DNA of 64,000 nucleotides from Lama guanicoe (taxonomy: Eukaryota), in NCBI GenBank assembly GCA_013239625.1, contig MU054187.1, positions 1,243,587 to 1,307,586 of the forward strand, in the 5' to 3' direction. Positions 12,790-25,329 of the stretch are shown one piece after another (the stretch's first letter is position 1; each line of letters begins with the position of its first letter). The translations under genes and the position numbers were made by a program. The notes below the pieces were generated by a model. The model saw only the letters and a program-made list of their open reading frames with translations, did not search any database and was not told the DNA's origin.

Positions 12790-15150
12790 ACCTTTGTATA
12801 TTCACATATCTAAATATTTCTGTGTGTAACCACCTCTATATTAAGCTAAACATGAGTTTATACTGACACCTCCAGACGGTCTTCCGTGACCCACGGACTG
12901 TGCCAGCCTCTCCCTGGCGTGTCTGACTCCCGCTCCCACCGGTTCCTCTCACCCACCAGCTACGCCGTTCATTGTTGAATCTCAGCATGCACAGAACAGG
13001 GACAGAGGTGTCGCACCCCTCGTGGGAGGACGCGGTGCCTGGTGCAGCTCCTCTGCTCTTCAGTCCTCCGCCTTCTGTGTCTCAGCCCCGCTCTCCTTTC
13101 CAGTTACTCAGGCCCCCCGTTGCCTCCACCCCTTTTGGTGAGGTGCTGACATCCATCTGTAAGGCAGTTAGGTTATTCCTCACAGCACCCATTCCTTCTC
13201 TGGACGCCCTAGCTTTTACACTTACATATATTAAGGTGGACTGCTTTTCGCTGACATTCTGTGGGTTTTGACAAACGCATAAAGTCGTGTATCCATTACT
13301 GTAATATCATAGAGTGGTTTCTCCACGTGTAAACCCCTGTGCACCATCTATTCGCCCTCCTCCCTCTCCCCGAACTCCTGGCCACCACTCCTCATGTCGC
13401 TGTCTCCTTAGCTCTGCCTTTTCAGAAGGTCTTATGGATGGGGTCAGAGGGCACGTCCTTTTGCTTAATACTTTAAACCTGAGGTTTCCGCCCATGTCTT
13501 TCTGAAGTTAGGTAGCTCACATCTTCTTATTTATTATTTATGTATTTGTTTTATTTATTGTGCCTTCTGTGAATGAAGAGCATCTCGGTCACCTCTTCAG
13601 TTTTCAGCAGTTATGAATAAAGCTGCTATAAACATTTGCATGCAGGTTTTATGTAAACACAAGTTTTAAAATTCATCGAATAAATGTCCAGGGGCACCAC
13701 AGGTTCCGACTGTGTTAGCTTCATTGGAGACCCCAAACTCTCTCCTGAATCCCCACCAGCGAGGAGTGAGAATCCGTGTTAGTGAGCTACATCCCCAGCA
13801 TTTGGGGGTCAGCGTTTTAGGGTTCAGCCATCTAACAGGTGTGTGATGTTCGCTCATTATCATCCTGCACCCCCCTAGTACCATAGCATGTTGAGTTTCT
13901 TTTCATGTGCTTTCTCGCTGTCTGTGTGTTCTTTGATGAGATGTTTGCTCAAATATTTTGGCATCTTTAATTAGATTATTTTCCTGCTGAGCTTTGAGTT
14001 CTCTGCGTATTTTGGAAACAAGTCTTCATCAGATCAGCCTTTTGCAAACATTTTCTTCCCACCTGTGACTTTTCATTCTCTTAACAGGATCTTCTGCAAA
14101 GCAGAAGTTTTTAGTTTTAATATTTTCTGACATCAAATCTTGTTCTTTTAAGGACGATGTTTTAAATGTCCTTCCCGAAAGCTCATCACCGAACCCAGTC
14201 ATGTAGTTTTTCTCCTAGAAGTTTTATACAATATTGGGATTATGGGTGGGTCTGTGATTCATTTCGTGCCAATCGTTGTGAAAGGGTAACATTCATATTT
14301 CAGTTCCTTTCTTTCTTTCCTTCTGTTTTCTTCTTTGCTTGTTGAATCACCTTTTCCTCTGCCAAAATCAGTTCCCTTTGTTTGGGTTCTGTTTTGGGCT
14401 CGCTGTTGTCTTCCATCGATCTCTGTGTTTAGTGTTCAAAACAGCCGTGCTGTCTCGATTCCTGTAGCTCCTTCAGCAAGTCCTCCTGCTGTGTCCCCCC
14501 TCAGCGCTGTGTCTGCGATGGGTCCTGTGCTCTTTGTACAAACCCAAGAGCCAGCTTGTGGACGCCTTCAGACAGCTCACGGGATTTTTGTTAGGTCTGC
14601 CTTGATTCTATAGACCAAGGAAGTAAGAATCAATATCCTAAAAGCATTGAGTCTTCTCTGCCGTGAGCAGGAAGTCTTTTTTTAATTGCCGCAGAGTCGG
14701 CTGCAACACGCCCATTTCTGGTGACGCATCCTGTCCCAGCCCTGCACGCACGCACATCTTGATCACCCTTGACTTCTTTCCTCAGGATTCTATAGTTCTC
14801 CACATAGAAACCTTTACTTGTTAGGTTTATACCAAAGTACCCCCTTTTTAGTGGCCATCGTAAATAGCACTGTGATTTTAATTTCCAATTCCAGTTCTCA
14901 CAGCTGAGGTATAGGAAGGTGGCTGAATTCTGCGCATTCACCGTGTCTCCACGCTTGCTGTAATTACTGACTAGTTCCGTGAGGTTTTGCTGGGATTTTC
15001 TATGTAGACAAAGAACAAAGTTTTATTTTTTCCTCTCCAGTCGGTGTGCCTTTTATTTCATATTATTGCTGTGTTGCCTTGGCTGTGACTTCGAGCACAG
15101 TGTTGAGCAGCCGTGGTGGGAGGGGGCACGTTGCCCCGTTCTCAGTCTCC
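12790..15150 (-). mobile_element. Old L1 (L1MC/MD-like) 3'UTR and ORF2 fragments, antisense
   Basis: gttatgaataaagctgctataaacatttgc; minus-strand remnant YFGINLTSKGFYVENYRILRKEVKGD. Confidence 0.7.
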
Positions 15151-15244
15151 CAGGAGAACACTGTTTCTTACAATTCCTTCCCCTTCTGCTACATCACGCA
15201 CCGATTTTTCACAGTCGTCGTTTCTTCATCTTAATTCTCTGTCT

Positions 15245-15420
15245 CAGCTCAGGCCTATGTGATAGAAAAAACAGTGGGAATCAGGGAAACTTCCGTTTCA
15301 GTCATGATGTGGCTCTTGGTCAAGTTATTTAACTCACATGCATTTTAGTTTCTTATTCTATGTCGGGAAAACATTGCCTGTGCCAGTGGACTGTTGTGAT
15401 GATCACGTGTTTGAAATGAA
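15245..15420 (+). mobile_element. MIR-like SINE remnant
   Basis: tgtggctcttggtcaagttatttaactc…tagtttcttattct core-like segment. Confidence 0.45.
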
Positions 15421-18360
15421 AATGTTTGGACGATAGCCCTTATTCCCTTAGTGCGTGCATGAGTCCCTAAGTTTGATGTAGGCCCAGTGCTAAATTCTTT
15501 GGCTACAACTGGGAACAAAGAGGCTCAGGACCCAGAAAGCTGTAGTGGGAAAAACAGTCGAGGTCCCGGTGTATTTTAATAATCAGCCATGAGTGTTAGG
15601 AGACGTGTAAGTGTACGCAGCAGATTTTTGGTAATTAGAAGCTACCGTCTATGGGTATTCCTTTCTGAAGTTTCCCTTCCTGAATCGTCAGAAAGAGCTC
15701 ATGACTTTTCTTGTCACTTTTCCTGCATATCTGCTTTCTTCCCATCACACAGAATCAGTACAGCTCTGTTTGCTCGTCTCTCTCATCTCTGCCTTGATCT
15801 CACAGCTTCCTCCCTTTTCACTACGTGTATCAAAAGCTTCTGTTCCTGGGATTTATGAGACCAATGTGTTTTGCTGGGTCACATGTGTGAACTGGTTCCA
15901 TATAGTCCATGCGTTGGAGGTAGAGAGGATGTCAAATGTAATATCCAGAGGACAGGGGTGGTAATAATTGTGTTCTTATATAAAGCAAGTGAAGCACTTA
16001 AATCTTTCTCGTAACATGAATGCTGGTACTTAGGTGCGTGGCATGGTTTTATACAGTCCAGAACTCCTCTTGGGCTCCATCCTTTCATTTTGTGAAGAAA
16101 AAGAAGATTAAAGAAAGGCTTTTTATGCAGATGAGTCTATGGGAGCACCTATCTCAATTCTGTGTTTTAAGAAATAAGGTAGCCGATGCTACCTCGGTTT
16201 CCCCTGGGACAGAGTGCTGTTGCTAGGCAGCAACTTTGTGAAACTCAAGCTATGTTGACTAAAGGCGGCTCCCCATCAGCTTCCACCCACTCTCTGATTG
16301 ATGAAACAATTCATTAACATCACTTTTTCCCCTTTGATTTTTGGGGTGGGGGGAGAACCTGGTGTGAGAGGTGGGGTAGGCCAGAGGGCACAGCTCTCAC
16401 AAGCACACAGACCCCTGGCGGGCACCACAGGTGCCATCAGAGAACAGTCACTTGCCTTTCCATGCCTCCTGCTACCTGCAGGGACCAACTTAAAATTCTG
16501 GCTTTAAAACATGAAGTAATTTGTCTTGCCCAGCGCTCCTTCCTTTCTGACAAGTAAGCTAATGAAGTGGGAGCATCAAGAGGTGCTGGCTGGCTTTGCC
16601 AGAGCATGTGTGGGCACACCCATGTTTAAACAACATTAAAATAAAAGAGTCAGGTTCTGCTGACTCTTTGGTCTCTCCAAACACCTCTCTGCATCAGCAG
16701 TTTTATATTTGATTTGGAACATGTTCTAAACCAAAGATCGGAAGGCGGTCTTGTAGAGAATGAGTGAAGGCACAGCACAGACCCCTGGTAGGAGCCCTGG
16801 GCGCCGCTGTCCTCCAGGGAAGCTGGGGCTCAGCTCGCAAGCTGATGCTCACTGGAATCTACTCGCCAAACGGCCTGCGTGGCTGACGGTTGCTGTGCAG
16901 GATATTCTAGAAAATTTAGGTGATGCCGTTTGCTATTTAAGACGCATTTGCTTTGACAGATTGAAGTCTTTGTTTTGAGACAGTTAGTTGATGGGGGTTG
17001 TCTGAGCTAAAGGCACCACTGGTTCTGATACTATTTTAAGGAATCGAGTATTTATTCCTCACAGAAAAGGAATTACGAAAATAGCTCCGCCATCCAAGAA
17101 CTGTAATTGATGGGCAGTGCTGTGAAAGTGGTTTGCCTGTCTGTTTCAGAATAAAGGTGACCTTTTCATTGATCTCTTCCTCTGAGTCTTCCAGTATTTG
17201 AGCTGCTCTGTGACATCACTATTGGAAAATGATTAGATAAATATTCAACAGACATCTAAATGTGTAGTGTCACTTTTCTTTCTTCAGGAAGAAATCTATA
17301 TAAAGAAGTATAAATGTTGTTAACTATGGTTTTATTATCACCCTTAAATGATAAATTGGTTTAAAATGTATATTTTTACTACCACAGGTGAAATGCATCA
17401 GGTGACTATTAAGCAGGGAATGGATAACTTAGCCAATAAACGGCGTCTGTGGAGACACAGGGGCCAGAAAACAAGTGTCTGTGCCAGGTCCTGGGGGGAG
17501 CGTGGAGTCTGCCCCATCGCGGGTGGGTGGGGGCGATTCAAAAGACGGGCATGTTACAAGTAGAGAAGGTTGTAGATGAAAGCTCCCAACCCTTCAGCAC
17601 GTCAGGAGGACAAGCATTACAAAGACATGATTGCCCCAAAACAGTAATATTGACTTTTTGTCAAAAACTAAGGGATTTGTCCAAATGTGGCTCTTTGTGA
17701 TTTTTTTTTAAGTTTCATATGTGCATGATTGAATTGTTATTTACAGTATGGAAGGCAAAAGAGAACTGCTTTTGAAAACTGAGAATGTACTATCATTACC
17801 AGTTAATTGTAAAATCCACTCTTTGAAACAAGCAATCGCTGTGAGCCCAGTTTATTCAGCGTTTCTGTCCCAGGTGTCCACGTGGGTGATTTATGTGCTG
17901 ACAGGTGGCACCTCCCAGCCCAGCTCTCAGACCACAGGCCCCGTGACCGGGCAGGGAGGGATAGCAGACCTGGTGGACAAAGACAATACGTAGCGCTGGC
18001 TGTGAACTGTTTTTCTGTAACTCACAGCTTGTCATTTCTCAGACAACAGGAATATTAATGTGAGAGTGAGGAGAGACTTTAAAGTCAAGATTTCAAACTG
18101 CGTCCAAAACCTCCCGGAAAGGCCGCCAGGTTGAGAGTTCCGCAGCTTAGTGCTGCTGCCGTCCCTTTCAGCTGGACAGACACGTTGTTAGCCTTCAGTT
18201 TAACAATTACAGCATCCTCTGTTTGTCCCATGGTTTGGAGCCTCTGTGCTGTCACAAAATGTTCTTTTTTAAAGAGCAAAGCACTAAGACCGAGAGGAGG
18301 AAAGCGGTGGGGAAGTACGGTACCAGGAAGCGCTGACCGCTGCTGAACTCTGTCTTTCAG

Positions 18361-18417
18361 GAGAGAGCCGTGACCATCAGAAGACAGACTGTGGGAGGAT
18401 TCGGTCTAAGCATCAAG
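18361..18417 (+). CDS. SNTG1: SNTG1 coding exon (57 nt): ERAVTIRRQTVGGFGLSIK (PDZ start, carboxylate-binding loop)
   Basis: tgtctttcAG acceptor ending 18360; AAG|GTAGCC donor; GGFGLSIK PDZ motif. Confidence 0.95.
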
Positions 18418-19229
18418 GTAGCCCGCGCTTCCTGTCTGTCCTTCCAGGGGCTGTGCTGAAAAGCCTGCGTGTCTGTACCTTTAAACTGTGTTGATTGATC
18501 GTGAGCTAAGAATGGCTGCAGCAAACTCCTCAAAGTTTGACTGAGACGTAAATTAGGTCAGTTCTCGAAACGCTGGCCACCTTAGACTGAGAGATACTGG
18601 AAGAGCATTTGGGAAATTTGCCTTTGCTGGAAAGGAAGATAACTCATGAACTGTCTTCATCTGGTTTCATCTAATATATCAAATGTGGTCTTGTAGTGTT
18701 TGTACCTTTTAACCAGTGAGGGTGGGAGATACCGACCTGTCAGGCGAAGGAACTGGAGGGAGCCACACCTCGTAGCAAAAAATAAGGTCTGTGAGCAAGC
18801 TGAGTGTTAGCTGTGTCCTTCTCATCTTGTTCTTCTGTGCGATGTTTTTTTTTATTCTTATTTAAGAAGTCAGTAAAATATCACGTTACAATGCCGAGTA
18901 CAGAGGACAAAGTTTTAGCGTCTGATTTAGTTTAAAAAATTAACCACATCAATGAAACTTATGTGTTCTTTTCCATTTATGGTTAAATTTGAAAGGGCTT
19001 TTCTTTCTGTATGTTGCTGGCTATTAAAGACGCACTTACCCGCCACTTTCCTCCTCTGTCAACACGGAATCACGTATGTTTAACCCTCTCTGGGGGGCAC
19101 TTTCCGGACGTTGCCTCGCTTTCTCTCGCCGTGATTCACGCTGGGACAGCACAGCTCGGTGACTGGTTAGTTCTCTGAACCCTGGACGTGCCTCCCAGCC
19201 AGACCCAGGGTAGGTCAGGAGAAGATGGT

Positions 19230-19610
19230 AGAGAAATGCGCCCTGGCCTCAGGCCCTTCAGAGTCTGGAGGGACAGTGGGCGCTGAGCAGAGTGTCCAGG
19301 GGAGAAACGTAACCGTGGCTGTGACCCCGGCTGCAGCAGGAGCCCCTGCAAGTAGGGGAACGAGACGACAGGGCCCTGCAGCTGAAGCCCTGAACGTGAG
19401 GAGAGTTTACACCAGGTTGAGAGTAAAGGATAAAAGTGTTCCAGGCAGAGGGCGGCGCACGCGGACGTCCGTCAGTGCCCAGAGTGATGGGGCGCGGGAG
19501 GAAGTGGGGGGGCTGGGCCCGCAGGCTGCTGAGGACCTTGGCTTTCGGTCCACATGACTGGGGAGCCTGCCACCTGTTCTAAACAGAGAGAGTCACGTTA
19601 TTTGATTCCT
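19230..19610 (-). mobile_element. L2 LINE remnant (GC-enriched)
   Basis: aagtgttccaggcagaggg…gaggaccttggctttcggtcc…ggggagcc L2-like motifs. Confidence 0.5.
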
Positions 19611-20319
19611 GCCTGGAAAATCTAGAATTTCCCCACTTAGGTTCAGAATAAAATCAAATTAACTTTAATTGAACTGATCTGTCCTCTCATTTTATTCAAT
19701 AAATGAAGGCGCTGTGATGTTCATTTCCCATTTTACGTACAAAAGAAAACATTGACAAGATAGGGCTTCGCTGTGTCTCATTATGAAAAGGCAGCTGTAG
19801 GTCTGCAGTGCTGAGGGAGGGGTGGAGTAACCGTGGTGACCCTCAGGAAATCGCTGTCTCAGCGGCCTTTTCCCCAGGCTGACCCTGGGGGAGGCTCCCC
19901 ACTGTCTGGCATGGCAACTTGCTTGAAAAATCTGAGCACTGAGAAAGTGTTTAAATTCACTAGTGCAAGGAGGGAAAACTGTGAAAAGCAAAAACAGCTG
20001 GACGGAAGCACTCTGGGGGGACGTGAACACGCCACTCTGCCCCCAGACGCCTGAGCCACGGTGTCTGGATGAGTTCCTTTCTCTTTAGCAGCACGTAAAA
20101 CTCCACCAGGGCATGGTTTACTTTAGGTAACCAGCTTTTTCTGCTAAGAAATGGAGATGTATTCTTAAGCTATTTTCCCCAACTTCCAACTATCTCTACC
20201 TATAAACTGTCTGTTATGATGGCATTTGATTTCATTGGTCATCTTCTTAGTTTCCATGTAAAATCATTCTGCAAGGTATTTTTAAAGGATGAACAATTTT
20301 AGGTCTGGAAAAGCTTTAG

Positions 20320-20580
20320 ACTTCATTTATTTAGTCACTCATTCATTCAACAAAAATTCCAAAGATTAAAAAAAGAATCATGATTCTATGCACTGGCATT
20401 ACACCAATGTATGAAACAAATTGCCAAAAAAATCCAATGCCTTTGTGGAACTTACTATCCAGTTCAGGACAGAGGAAGGAGAAAGAAAACAAACAATAAA
20501 TGTAGGAAATGAGTAAAGACAGCAGTAGGCTAGAAGCTGATAAGTATATTGGGAAAAAGCAACACGGGGGGTTGGGAACT
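20320..20580 (-). mobile_element. L2 3' end remnant
   Basis: cattcattcaacaaa tail motif and tgcctttgtggaacttactatccagt. Confidence 0.55.
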
Positions 20581-21296
20581 TGGAATCCTAAGAGGTAAAA
20601 TAAAGAGGCTTGACTTTGGATTGGCATTTACCGTGCTAAGCAGGCACTCATTTCCCTAAATCTCCATCACAAACCCCTGTCCTCTGATCAGATGAGGGAT
20701 TATCCTGGACAGAGTCAGGATTTGCCAGCAACTCACCGACCAAAAGGCAAAAGCAGAATCAGGGCCAACGACGTGCCAAAGATGCCCTGCACAGTTAGAG
20801 GCTGGCTGGGCGGATGTCGGGGTGGTGGGAAACGGTGAGGACAGGGGGAGCCAGGAGCCAGTCTGGATCTTACCCTGGTCGGACAATTTCTGCTGTTTTA
20901 TTTATCACGTCTCCTTAATATCCCGGAGGCAGAAAGGATGACTTACCAAGAAAAACTTGAAAACCACGCTTTTCTCAACAACTATTGCCTATCTTACATT
21001 TAAGTATATTGACAGTTCGTCACTAAAAGTGGACATTCATGGGGGAAAGAAAGTTCTAAAATCACTTTGATCCTTGGAGAGGAAAGGCTTAGGAGGCTCC
21101 CCTCTGGAGCTGCGGAAGCCGCGCCCACCCGCCTGAGTGTGCTGGGCTCACGTTCTGCGTGAAGTCTTACTCCTAATGCACTGATTCAATTTTTTCACTA
21201 TTACTTTCAACCTTCTCACCTCTGTAATATAAAACCATGATTTCATACAGGTAGTTCAGGGGTTTATTTTATTTCCTTCTATAGAAGTTTAGCTTA

Positions 21297-21429
21297 TTGT
21301 TTTGGGGGGTAAGGTAATAAGGTTTATGTATGTATTATTTTTTCAGTGGAGGTGCTGGGGCTTGAAGGATCGAAGCCAGGACCTCGTGCCTGCTCAGCAC
21401 GCGCTCTCCCGCTGAGCTATGCCGTCCCC
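21297..21429 (-). mobile_element. tRNA-derived SINE (camelid Vic-1 type)
   Basis: Reverse complement reads GGGGACGGCATAGCTCAGCGGGAGAGCGCGTGCTGAGCAGGCACGAGGTCCTGG…CCCCAGCACCTCC plus A-rich/CCCCCC tail; homologous to the copy at 59860. Confidence 0.85.
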
Positions 21430-22041
21430 TTTCTTTTTCTTTTTTTCCCCTGTCTTACTTGGTCAGTTAGATAAAGCACGACTGCGATATTCTTGCCAGT
21501 TTACTTTATTCTGTTAAATGTTTAGCGTGTGCTTTCGCACAAAGAGAAATATACTAGTTAAGAAACCTCCCCATCAGACACGTGCACTCTCTGATTTCAT
21601 TGTATCAGTTTGTGCAGGTAAAGGTCTTCCTAGTCACTTAGCCTCCAAAGGGGTCCTAGCTTGGTCACCAGCATAGAACAGCTTGGCCAGATAATGGAAC
21701 TACATAATCATCTACTGTTTGGAGCCCTAAATAAGAATTTTTACAATGGGAAGCCCTGGTGCACATTGAAGAAAATGCCTATTTAAGTCATCACCAATTG
21801 TTATTTGGAAAATTAAAAATTTTCAAAGTCAACTGTTATTAATTTAGTGGATGGCACAGTGAAATTGTAAACAGATGTCTCTTGGGAACACGGTCTACTT
21901 GGTAGAGAAATTCCACAGGTTTATTTAAATTTGATTTGGTGTTCATTAACACACTATTCATAGCCTATAGAGTTTTCAAACTCAAATTCCTATTTTTATT
22001 TTTTGAGCTTAAATGCACAATATATTATTTTCTCTTTTCAG

Positions 22042-22099
22042 GGGGGAGCAGAACATAATATTCCTGTCGTCATTTCAAAAATCTCCAAGGAGCAAAGAG
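22042..22099 (+). CDS. SNTG1: SNTG1 coding exon (58 nt): GGAEHNIPVVISKISKEQR(A) (PDZ)
   Basis: tctcttttcAG acceptor; G|GTAAAA donor at 22100; phase 0 to 1. Confidence 0.95.
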
Positions 22100-22900
22100 G
22101 TAAAAGTGTTAAGAAAACTGTACCATAGCCGTTCCTTTGTACGTCACTGTCACTGAAGGGTAAAGATGGTAGTTAAGGGCCAGCAAGTCCTGTGTGACTG
22201 GCCAGCTCCTGGTTCCCCGTGGCTGGGTCTGCTCGTCGAGTCTGCATCTTGCCTTAGCCCAGGGGAGGCCGTCTGCCACAGGAGGGCGGGGATGAAGCGG
22301 TCAGAGCGCGTGGCTGTGTGGGAACTGGGGCCACATGCCTTCTCAGCGGTTTCATTAAACAAACGCAAACAAACCTAAGGGTTACAAGACATCAAATACA
22401 GGCAATGCCTGACACATAGGTACACACGTAGGCATTTCAGTCCTCATACGCAGTGTACCTCAGCCCTTATGGGATTCCATCCAGGAAGAACACTAAAGAT
22501 GTAAAGCAGCTGTTCCAGTGGCTGAAATCCCTCGGACAGCCTAGTGCTTGGAAGGAAGCTTGGAGCTGGTTCCATCGCTGATGGACTGAATGTCTAGATC
22601 TGAACATTTGCATAGAAGCCTTAAAATTACAAGTACACGGGAGCATTTAGGCATCCATCCAGAGGAGAGGCCATTCTTTTTAAGATCTGAAACAATAACA
22701 TTACGTGGAAATATCTCAGCATATGTTCACTATTGGAAATGAGTCATGATTGTTCTTGCACGACCCTGGCTTGTGGATCTTTTAAGACGCTCCCCATGTA
22801 AGACGTTTCACTTTTCCCCTTTATCAGTTTTGACTCTGTTTAATTAAAACTCCTCCCTTTGCATGACCATGCATAATCTGTTGTCCTTCTCCATCCACAG

Positions 22901-22944
22901 CGGAACTCTCAGGACTGCTGTTTATCGGGGATGCCATTCTGCAG
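22901..22944 (+). CDS. SNTG1: SNTG1 coding exon (44 nt): (A)ELSGLLFIGDAILQ (PDZ)
   Basis: ccatccacAG acceptor; CAG|GTAGAC donor; phase 1 to 0; GD-IL PDZ motif. Confidence 0.95.
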
Positions 22945-23037
22945 GTAGACGTTTTACCACTAGTTTTCACGTACAGCCCACACGTGCAGTCAGTTCACAG
23001 TATTCCACGTGAAGCCGTGCCTGTCTTTCCATTGCAG

Positions 23038-23079
23038 ATAAATGGGATTAATGTGAGAAAATGCCGACATGAAGAAGTG
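23038..23079 (+). CDS. SNTG1: SNTG1 coding exon (42 nt): INGINVRKCRHEEV (PDZ)
   Basis: ctttccattgcAG acceptor after a 93-bp intron; GTG|GTAAGT donor. Confidence 0.95.
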
Positions 23080-23446
23080 GTAAGTTTGCTTTGCTTGGTG
23101 CTGAAATCGTGACTTTCCGCACGGGCCAACGAGAACTGAGGGCAAGATACGACCTGGCCCAGTGGGCTATCGGATTTTCAAATGACCTTTTATTTGATCT
23201 TTCTTTGCATTAGCAACAGATCAGTGAGTATCACCCAGAACAGAATATAACTCAAAGAAATTCTTAAGGAGGGCCATTTGCTATGTTTTCCAGCTTTTCT
23301 GTGAACTTCTACCAGCCTGTATCCACTAAGTATATCTCGAAGTGATATACATCTCTAAATCTTGGCAAATGTTTAAAAGCTGATAAGGAATAAAATGCAT
23401 GTTTCTAAAACCTCATACAGTAGCAGAGGCCATGGGGCAACATACA

Positions 23447-23519
23447 GTCTGTGTGTCCGTGTGTGTCCGTGTCTCTGTGTGTCTGTATGTGTCTGTGTGT
23501 CTGTGTGTGTCTGTCTGTG
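23447..23519. repeat. Imperfect (TG/TC)n simple repeat
   Basis: Directly visible. Confidence 0.85.
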
Positions 23520-24866
23520 ACAGGAGACAGAAGCAGACACAACACTCAGAGGCTCTCCATCCCAAGGCTCACGGGTGTAGCACTAGACAGAAAGGCCATC
23601 AGTGTTGACACAGTGTTTCCTGGATGTTGGTAAATGTGTAGATCTGAAGCCGGGGCCTAATTCACTCAGTTTAGGTGATCCAGGAATGTGTATTTTAATA
23701 ACCAGCCCAGTGAGTGCACTGTCGGGGGAGGAGGGTGTGTAGCTGGGAGGGTGAGGACCGTCTCTCGGGGCCGAGGGAGGACGTGGAAAGTGAGACAGGA
23801 AGGAGCAGGACAGGGTCTGGCTTTCACGAAACGTTTTTCACGGTTGATGAAATAACATGCATAGAACCTTCACTGAATTCCTGTCTCAGCTCACACGGGA
23901 GAGAGAGGAAAACTGTTTAAAGGTTTGCGCTCAAGGGTCAAACTACATGAAAGCACTGTAAGCCTGTGCTCCTCCGGGCTCTGGTTCATCTGGTTGTGGA
24001 TGCGCTGCTCCTCTGCCGCCAGCGACTTGGAGAAAACTCTTCTGATATGTTTACATGTTTCAAACCTCAAAGAGTCAAGCGCAAGTGTCTGAAAAGTGCA
24101 GGCTCAGAGCAGCGCTGCTGGTGAGGGCTCTCCGCGCAGCCGTCACGGCCTGTCCCCAGGCATCACTCATCTGCTTTCTCAAAAGTCCCGAGGGGGCCCC
24201 CATTGCCACTCCATGGTGAACATCGCAGGTCGACATCAAACAGGACAGAGAAAAGCAGTGTTCGGAGCAGGCTTCAGACAAAGGGGGCCCAGCACAGCGC
24301 GAGCACTTTGCTCTGCAGATTCATATGCAAATTTCAAACACAGCTTTGTAAGCAGAGATGTTTTAACTTTAGGAGTTTTTCAGAAGAACAAAGTGATCTT
24401 AAGCTCATCGTCCAGGGAGCAGAAGCAAGGGCATCTTTTTGCAAAACCGCATGCTGCTCGGCAGAGTCGTGTCCGGACCTGCCCTTCAGAGCGGGCAGCA
24501 GACCCACACAGACGTGATGGGCTCTGATTAAATGTAGCGGCCTGGTGGGAGGTTAGACCCTGCAAATCGTGCCACTTCTCAATGGTGTTCCTTTCCAAGG
24601 AAAAGAGGTTTAGACTTGTACTGCAAACTGCATGTGGCTCTGCACGATAAATGGTTTGTTTGTTTGTTTGTTTTGAGAGGTTTGACCTTATCCTGAAATG
24701 TAGGTACTAGTATTCTTACTCAGTTCCAGCCTTTCACTTTCCAGCAGTTATTAATGCTTTTGTCTTCACTGTGAATTTCCTAAGCAGATGGATTTACCCC
24801 TCAGTGGGACTGAGATGTTGATCAAACATGTAAGACTCACAGGGAAGGAAGGCAGCACCGCGAGCT

Positions 24867-25215
24867 TATTACAGAAAGCTGATTCCCGCCGAGAGACCAA
24901 GCACCCCTCGCAGCGCTGGAGAACTCAGGTTTATTACGCCTGCAGGCCCAGAGGAGTTAGCGCTCCAAGCTCTGGACCCTGTCTGTAGGTTTACACAGGC
25001 TTTTATAGGGTTTTAGGTCTCGATTAAGTTTGCGCCATATGCAAACGAGGTGTTAGAAATGGACCAGTCTGGAGTGAGCTTTTGGGAACCAATGGAATTT
25101 TGGGGGTAAGTTTCATTTTCCTAGAAGCAAGCCGTTTTACAGAAGCCCAAAAGCGGGACGGTAATGGCCCTGCCTGTGAGGTCTTGCTGGTCCCTTTGTG
25201 GGTTTTGCTGCTTCA
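24867..25215 (-). mobile_element. Solo ERV LTR, antisense, relatively young
   Basis: Minus strand starts TGAAGCAGC; TATA box CCTATAAAAG (about 25000-25009) and AATAAA (about 24930) in the correct order; candidate 4-bp TSD AGCT/AGTT. Confidence 0.75.
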
Positions 25216-25329
25216 AGTTCAGAGGTGTAGATGGTTGTAAAATCTCATGCTGCCGCCCCCTCGTTCCTTATTCCTAGTCAATGCCTCACAGAGCTGTGAA
25301 TTCAGGGAGAAACCAGGAAGGTGTGGCAC

